In this document: positions 58,737 to 64,000 of the stretch, in pieces
Position numbering within the stretch: the stretch's first letter is position 1
How the letters are laid out: every line of letters starts with the position of its first letter
Origin: a virus
Taxonomy: Duplodnaviria > Caudoviricetes
IMG/VR virus record: IMGVR_UViG_642973512_000001
Coordinates: 32,001-96,000 of that record
DNA length: 64,000 nt
Direction: 5' to 3' (one strand)
Notes under the pieces: generated by a model
Seen by the model: the letters and a program-made list of their open reading frames with translations, nothing else
Database searches by the model: none
What the model was told of the DNA's origin: nothing
Translations under genes and position numbers: made by a program

Positions 58737-58765
58737 AGGTGACCCTCATGGGGTTGCCTTTATTT
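58737..58765 (+). terminator. Rho-independent terminator
   Basis: AAGGTGACCC/GGGTTGCCTT followed by TATTT. Confidence 0.6.
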
Positions 58766-58769
58766 AGGA

Positions 58770-59639
58770 GTGGAGAATATAATGAGTATAGAGAGAAAAC
58801 CCATAAAGTTTAGAAACCCTATTCAACTAGAGTATTGCACTTGTTGGGGAACAAAAGTAGTTTCTTACAATTCCAAACCCTTTCTAACCTTAACTGACCA
58901 AGCCAGCCTAACTCAGTTAGAAGAGTATATTCAGCAGGTCCCGTTTAGTACAGCCATGTATGTGACTTATGATGAAAATCAAGGTTGGGAGAAGATCAAA
59001 CTTTTCCTTTCAAAGAAACTTCCAGTCTACGTAAAGACTTATGAATCTCTCCCACGGGAAGTTGTGGGTTTACTGAAGGAATCACAGCACTCTGCTGTTA
59101 GTCTTGAAGTTGCTGATTTCCTTGAACAAGACATTCCAGACGCTAGAAAAATGCTACATGAGCTAAAGTCATGGGGAGTCTCAACTGTATTGGAAGTCTC
59201 TTATATTGCCTATGAATCATTACTGGACACACTAGTATATATAGAAAAATTTAAAAATGTGGTGGGGCACGTAACAGTACACTTACCAGATGTAGCTGAT
59301 GAGGATGTTCCTAGTTACCAACAACATCGTATGAATAGTTACTATAACCCTTGTGTGGAAACTAGATCATGGGTTATGAAAGAGGATTATAAAAAGGTGG
59401 TTAATGAGAAGGTGTCTTCGTACCTAGAGACAAGAAAGATTAAGTTTGAGGAAGGGATTTCAGTAGACTCTGAAGACCGAGTCAGGCATATATCTTCTGT
59501 AGGCTCTGAATCTCCTTTTGGTCTTCCTGAGTTCATTTACAAGAACACGGGAGAAGGGTTTGAGGAGTATATCAATCCTTATAGGGATTCAGAAGAAGTA
59601 ACTCTCGGTAACTGTCCAAGATGTGGAAAATTGTTATAG
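58770..59639 (+). CDS. Hypothetical protein (C-terminal CPRC)
   Basis: Long ORF with phage-like codon usage; start may be 58782; no family recognised. Confidence 0.75.
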   Translation: MENIMSIERKPIKFRNPIQLEYCTCWGTKVVSYNSKPFLTLTDQASLTQLEEYIQQVPFSTAMYVTYDENQGWEKIKLFLSKKLPVYVKTYESLPREVVGLLKESQHSAVSLEVADFLEQDIPDARKMLHELKSWGVSTVLEVSYIAYESLLDTLVYIEKFKNVVGHVTVHLPDVADEDVPSYQQHRMNSYYNPCVETRSWVMKEDYKKVVNEKVSSYLETRKIKFEEGISVDSEDRVRHISSVGSESPFGLPEFIYKNTGEGFEEYINPYRDSEEVTLGNCPRCGKLL

Positions 59640-59651
59640 GGGGTAAGAAAA

Positions 59652-59795
59652 TTGCATGAGTACAAGAAACCTGTATTGAGGAAAAACAAGTTCAAAAACT
59701 TATCAAAGAACGACTGGAAAGAGGCAAATGAACAGTCCAAAAAAGATCGGGGCATCCATGGAGTGACTTACCATAGTGTTTACCGAAGTAATTGA
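59652..59795 (+). CDS. Small basic hypothetical protein (47 aa, not in ORF track)
   Basis: AGGGGG RBS, TTG start; MHEYKKPVLRKNKFKNLSKNDWKEANEQSKKDRGIHGVTYHSVYRSN*. Confidence 0.5.
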   Translation: MHEYKKPVLRKNKFKNLSKNDWKEANEQSKKDRGIHGVTYHSVYRSN

Positions 59796-59799
59796 ATAT

Positions 59800-59828
59800 A
59801 AAAAGAGCTAGGGAATCCCTAGCTCTTT
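59800..59828. terminator. Terminator at the convergence of + and - operons
   Basis: AAAGAGCTAGGG/CCCTAGCTCTTT; overlaps the stop codon of the minus-strand gene. Confidence 0.75.
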
Positions 59829-60643
59829 GCCATTTTGCCAAGTAAGTCTTTTAAATCACTGTGAAAGCCGAACCTGAATTTCACGCTCATGTCTTTTGTA
59901 TATTCTGTGAGCGCTTTCACCCTTTTTGTTCGCCCCTCCTCAGTTAGGAATAGTACTCGTGGAAAGACTGGAGAACCAAATACACCCGCCCATTTTTCCC
60001 TTATCCATGCTTTGGAAGCATAGTATTTCATGTACGAATCAATCTTCTTTTTTACATAAGGCAAGTCTTCAGTGCCTAAATCCACTTCCACAAAATACAT
60101 ATATCCCTTTTTGTTACAAGATATTAGAAAAAAGATGTCTGGTATAATCTTTGTATCCCCAAAGGTCAGAGCCTTTTCCGTCTGGTACAATAACACTTTG
60201 CCTCCTAATTCACTTACAGTTTTCTTTATAAGGCATTCATAGTCATTTAGTTTAACTTTGTGTTCCCAGCCTAAAGGCAGACTCTTGACACCATTTTTGG
60301 TACTAATGGGTTTGCTATAATTTTCAAGTCCTAAAAGTATGGAACCTGCCCTGTCCAAACATATATGTTGCTTACTGCTTCCCTTACCTGGCTCTACAGC
60401 AGGATATATTCTATCTATGACGTGTTTATCATAAAGGAGCTTAAGACGCTTATTGAGATAGTCTGAGCTAGGAAATTCAGGATAAAGCACTTCTATCTGG
60501 TCCCTTCTCAGTATTCTCCTATTGTTGTCTATAAGCAACCTTATAAGACCCTTATCTCTTTCTGTGACGTTCTTACAATTCTCTCTCACCCATTGTTTGC
60601 TTACCTGTTTCACTTCTGGTCTATGATACTTACGATTAGTCAT
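59819..60643 (-). CDS. Replication-relaxation (Replic_Relax) family protein
   Basis: wHTH-like TERD...L...Q+..L...RL..L, G.GS, H..., IPD, FVEVDLGTE....KK+..Y..YY, FPRVLF+T...R. GGAGGG RBS before ATG 60643. Confidence 0.85.
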   Translation of the reverse strand: MTNRKYHRPEVKQVSKQWVRENCKNVTERDKGLIRLLIDNNRRILRRDQIEVLYPEFPSSDYLNKRLKLLYDKHVIDRIYPAVEPGKGSSKQHICLDRAGSILLGLENYSKPISTKNGVKSLPLGWEHKVKLNDYECLIKKTVSELGGKVLLYQTEKALTFGDTKIIPDIFFLISCNKKGYMYFVEVDLGTEDLPYVKKKIDSYMKYYASKAWIREKWAGVFGSPVFPRVLFLTEEGRTKRVKALTEYTKDMSVKFRFGFHSDLKDLLGKMAKS

Positions 60644-63359
60644 CAAGATCACCCTCCATAAGCTCCTCATGGTGAAGCAGAAGATCATAGTCAGGCTCTT
60701 CTCCCCTGCTAATTTGCCTATCGAAAAACTTATTCATTTCGTGTTCAATCAGTTTCGTGGCTTGGTGGTCACTCAACAGCTCTTCCTCTATTTCTTTTGA
60801 TATTTCTCCCTCCCCCTCAGGGCTAACAGGAACGCTAAAGTCTACTTGCTCAAACTCAGCCCCTGCTTTGTTTTTGTATATCTCTTCCATAACCTCTGTC
60901 TTAGGTCTTCCAAGCTCTAGCGCACATTGCTCATACAGGTCATTGTTGTTATGGTAGTCAAATAAGTCTTCAGTTCTACCAAGGGATTTAGCCATGAATG
61001 CTGGTACAACGTCACCATCTTTACCGTACATTTTTAAACGTATAACTGCATGGTGTTGTGGCATGCCTTTTGCAATGTCTTGTATCTTAAACTCAGGCTC
61101 GATAACAGGCTTCAACTCCATGAGGTTATCTTCATCCGTCTGGAAGATGACGTAGTGAGGACCAGATTTTCTAACAATCTTTGGTAAGTCTCTGTCTGCT
61201 TCCTTAAGTTGTTGCCAGCCATGGAACAGTAGATTTAGACCACATCTATACTTTCTGAATCTAGTAAGCATATTTCTCCACTTTTCACTACCTTTAATAT
61301 AATGGTCAGGTTCATCCCAAAGGGCAAAACATGGTCTTCTTTCATCTTCCTCCACCACATCTTCTCTGCTTATCATTGCTAGGTTGAATTTTGATATAGC
61401 AAAGGACACCAAGGCTGTTTGAAGAGTTTCTCCCAGTGACTCATTTGCTTTAACAAGTACTAGATATCCCTCATCCATCCACTTTCTGAAGTCTACTAGA
61501 TAGTTGCCCTCTTCATCCTTTTTTGGTCTTTGTAGGATAAAGTTTTTAAGTGCCTTCTTCCTCATAACAGGTGACAATCTCCTAAAAGCTTCATCATATA
61601 TGGTTCTACGTTCTTCAGGCTTCATAGAATTATGGTAGTATTCCCAGTCATTTCTAAGCTCTGGGTCTTCAATCCCTTGGATGGCTTTCTCTCTGTAGTC
61701 AGCATTATTCAGCATGTTTTCTACATCCTGTAGTACAGCATCAGCAGAAGTGTATACTACTTTTATAGCATTTTCAACCCACTGTCTGCTTCTCATGTTC
61801 AACGGAGTACCTGACACCAACTCTATATAAGACAATAGCTCATCTACAATTAAGTCTTCAACAACGTCTGTATTTCCTCCCCGGAATATCTCATTCCACC
61901 CTAACCCTACTGGATTCTCAGTGTTTAGGAAATCTATGATTTTTACCTTGTGTCTTAGCTCAGGCTTCACCCTGTCCAAAATACGTTGTACCATCTTACC
62001 ATCAGCAGCATCTACAGCAAATACCCCATATCCTTTGTTGAAGGCTTCTAGGGCAAAATTCTGTGCAAAAGTTGTCTTACCTGTACCCGGTTCCCCAATG
62101 ATGACCCTTGGCATACAAAGTAAGTTGTTATTTTTAGCCGTAAAATATACAGTTTTCTCAATCCCATCAGTGTCCTCATATTTAGCAAAGGGAATACCAC
62201 CATCATCCACAAATATTTCTTTTGGTACCTCAGATTCCCCTCGATGCTGAACCAAGCTAAGCTCATTGTAATGCTCTATCTGCGCTTTTTGGTCAGGGAC
62301 ATTTATAATTTTTGATAGCTCAAGGGAGCACAGTATGTCTCCGTTGATCTTTACTTTCATCTTTCTGTCCCGAATCAACTTTACCGCCTTCTCAGTGTGC
62401 TTAGAGGGCACTACTTTGTCCTCTAGTTTATTGTCACCCTCCAAAGGATCAAAGCCGGAAGCCATAGCCCTACTTATTGATTTACGCCTGTGATCATCCT
62501 TGGACACTGACAATACCCGTATCTCTGTTTTAAAACCGTCACTTTTAGTCTTCTCTCGTGTACTTCTGTTAGTGGTGTCTAGTTCACCGTTTGTGCCTTT
62601 ACTTTCTTTCATAGTATCATCATTTTTCCATCCAGGTATTAGGAAATCCCCTACAAAGTTCACTACTTCCTCAGTGACCACTCCAATGGCGTACAACAGC
62701 TTTTGTACAACTTCCCCTTTTGTAAGAGGTTTTCCTTTCTTACGTGGGACATTTGCTCCTTTCTTGATACTGCCATAGCTTTCTCTAGACTGCTTATTCC
62801 ACTCATTACTAACAGGTCTCATCCCAATCTGAAGTAGAGCTAAATCGTCATCTTTTAGGTAGTGTTTCGCATTTAGAAGAGAGTCTAAGGGGGAATAATG
62901 CGTAGAGGTTGTATTGAGAGATAACACTGAATTATACTTTAGAGTCAGATTAGTAACCTCCGCATCCTCAGCATCAAATTCAGGTAAGTAGTCTATGTCC
63001 ATTTCCTTGACACTAGATTGCTTCCAAGTTTTCATAATCTGTCTTTTTATACTATTTTTGATGTTGTCTTTGTCAGGCACAACTATGCAAAATCTTATAC
63101 TCTCTTTGTATAGAAATACCTCCCACCATACATCAAGTTCTGGTTGTATGGTGACCTTGTATCCTGATAGAGATATACGCTGTGATAAAGGCTTATATAG
63201 TCTAGAAAACTCTGATATAAGCCATTTTACTTCCCTGTTAGAAGTCATTCGGCTGGGAATGACCTCCAGTAGGCAATATTTAACTTTCTCTAGTTCAATA
63301 ACTCTAGATATTTCTTTTGTTGCTTGATTAACAAAGTTAATGCGCTCTACAGTCATCAC
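60636..63359 (-). CDS. VirD4/TraG- or VirB4-like P-loop ATPase (FtsK/HerA superfamily)
   Basis: IIGEPGTGKTT (Walker A), G.GV+++D..DG, P+G+.., +DFRK.MD, LWDEPDHY (Walker B), RKYR.G+.+..H...QL; AGGAGG RBS. Confidence 0.85.
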   Translation of the reverse strand: MMTVERINFVNQATKEISRVIELEKVKYCLLEVIPSRMTSNREVKWLISEFSRLYKPLSQRISLSGYKVTIQPELDVWWEVFLYKESIRFCIVVPDKDNIKNSIKRQIMKTWKQSSVKEMDIDYLPEFDAEDAEVTNLTLKYNSVLSLNTTSTHYSPLDSLLNAKHYLKDDDLALLQIGMRPVSNEWNKQSRESYGSIKKGANVPRKKGKPLTKGEVVQKLLYAIGVVTEEVVNFVGDFLIPGWKNDDTMKESKGTNGELDTTNRSTREKTKSDGFKTEIRVLSVSKDDHRRKSISRAMASGFDPLEGDNKLEDKVVPSKHTEKAVKLIRDRKMKVKINGDILCSLELSKIINVPDQKAQIEHYNELSLVQHRGESEVPKEIFVDDGGIPFAKYEDTDGIEKTVYFTAKNNNLLCMPRVIIGEPGTGKTTFAQNFALEAFNKGYGVFAVDAADGKMVQRILDRVKPELRHKVKIIDFLNTENPVGLGWNEIFRGGNTDVVEDLIVDELLSYIELVSGTPLNMRSRQWVENAIKVVYTSADAVLQDVENMLNNADYREKAIQGIEDPELRNDWEYYHNSMKPEERRTIYDEAFRRLSPVMRKKALKNFILQRPKKDEEGNYLVDFRKWMDEGYLVLVKANESLGETLQTALVSFAISKFNLAMISREDVVEEDERRPCFALWDEPDHYIKGSEKWRNMLTRFRKYRCGLNLLFHGWQQLKEADRDLPKIVRKSGPHYVIFQTDEDNLMELKPVIEPEFKIQDIAKGMPQHHAVIRLKMYGKDGDVVPAFMAKSLGRTEDLFDYHNNNDLYEQCALELGRPKTEVMEEIYKNKAGAEFEQVDFSVPVSPEGEGEISKEIEEELLSDHQATKLIEHEMNKFFDRQISRGEEPDYDLLLHHEELMEGDLDD

Positions 63360-63368
63360 TAATACCTC

Positions 63369-63590
63369 CTATTTACTGAAGATATGCCATAAAGGTCCCT
63401 CTAACTGGAACCAGTTATCAATACTAACAGATTCCCAGAAGTACTCTTTTATACTGTCTCTTGATCCTGCCACTATACCCACTAAAATGTCTATCAGAAA
63501 TACTACTCCTTTTGCAGGAAGAGCAGGAAATGTAAAAGCCACACCAACATATATCGCAGAGTATATTAAGGACTTTTTATTTAATTCCAC
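63369..63590 (-). CDS. Small membrane protein (73 aa)
   Basis: GGGGAGGGG RBS; two hydrophobic segments; its 3' end abuts the ATPase RBS. Confidence 0.7.
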   Translation of the reverse strand: MELNKKSLIYSAIYVGVAFTFPALPAKGVVFLIDILVGIVAGSRDSIKEYFWESVSIDNWFQLEGPLWHIFSK

Positions 63591-63723
63591 TAGATATCCC
63601 CTCCCCTATAAGCTCTCCAATAAGTAATCCTAATTCATAACCAAGGTGTGGGACTACTGTTTCAAGTAATCCCAACACCATTAGTGTCTTTAATATAGAT
63701 AAAGCCATTCTTAGTATCGTCAT
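63577..63723 (-). CDS. Small membrane protein with glycine zipper (48 aa, not in ORF track)
   Basis: GAGGTG RBS; MTILRMALSILKTLMVLGLLETVVPHLGYELGLLIGELIGEGISSGIK*. Confidence 0.65.
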   Translation of the reverse strand: MTILRMALSILKTLMVLGLLETVVPHLGYELGLLIGELIGEGISSGIK

Positions 63724-63725
63724 AG

Positions 63726-63872
63726 TTACACCTCAAATAAAAAGGCTACAGCAATATTAACTGCCGTAGCCAAGATTTTAATCGTGCCCATCCCAATAGT
63801 CACAATAACTGCCGAAGCCCCATAAATAAAAGCCTTACCCTTTTGCTCTTCGTTCAATTTGATGTTAATCAT
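63726..63872 (-). CDS. Small membrane protein (48 aa, not in ORF track)
   Basis: AGGAGG RBS; MINIKLNEEQKGKAFIYGASAVIVTIGMGTIKILATAVNIAVAFLFEV*. Confidence 0.7.
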   Translation of the reverse strand: MINIKLNEEQKGKAFIYGASAVIVTIGMGTIKILATAVNIAVAFLFEV

Positions 63873-63891
63873 GATGTGTCCCTCCTAGTTA

Positions 63892-63999
63892 TTATAAACC
63901 AAAGGTGATGTTGTCAAGAGCTTTATCTAAGTCGGGTCCATTATCGTCTTCAGTAACCTCAGTTGCTGTAATCATTGGTGGTTCGTCAAGGTCATCAGG
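63892..63999 (-). CDS. C-terminal end of an acidic protein that begins beyond the window
   Basis: ...PDDLDEPPMITATEVTEDDNGPDLDKALDNITFGL*, ending just before the next RBS. Confidence 0.55.
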   Translation of the reverse strand, partial: PDDLDEPPMITATEVTEDDNGPDLDKALDNITFGL

Positions 64000-64000
64000 T

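Noticed and set aside
58770-59639. Possible degenerate radical-SAM or photolyase-like fold suggested by CTC near the N-terminus
   Set aside because: No CxxxCxxC motif; cannot be supported without a profile search.
63891-63917. Perfect TTGACA and TATAAT hexamers on the minus strand upstream of the micro-ORFs
   Set aside because: The spacer is only 15 bp and the site lies largely in coding sequence; unlikely to be a normal sigma-A promoter without TSS data.

Overview
This is a 64-kb segment of a large lytic Bacillus myophage of the SPO1 type (Herelleviridae, Okubovirus-like). The assignment rests on gene content, on synteny, and on two ORFs (57514, 58261) that I recognise from memory as the SPO1 middle-gene sigma factor gp28 and gp27; no database search was run. 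On the + strand, in order: the C-terminal end of a tailspike chaperone domain; a non-coding unit (middle promoter, structured RNA, tRNA-Arg(CCT), second structured RNA, terminator); PhoH; a 3D-domain muramidase; class I ribonucleotide reductase; a head, neck, contractile-tail and baseplate module; a cluster of receptor-binding/beta-helix proteins, one split by a 26-nt duplication; a holin-endolysin-holin cassette; and replication/recombination and nucleotide-metabolism genes ending with genes 28 and 27. The last ~4.2 kb is a convergent minus-strand operon that looks plasmid-derived: a Replic_Relax-type protein, a 907-aa VirD4/VirB4-like ATPase and several tiny membrane proteins. The most interesting signals are (1) that putative DNA-transfer module, (2) a multi-pseudoknot RNA candidate beside the tRNA, (3) two copies, 45 kb apart, of an AT-rich element ending in a covarying TCCTAC-GAA-GTAGGA hairpin (candidate origins), (4) a UCC_UUU_CGU +1 frameshift site in the tail chaperone, and (5) an RBS-occluding hairpin overlapping a candidate middle promoter at the helicase gene. 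Several start codons were moved from the ORF track to fit Shine-Dalgarno sites.
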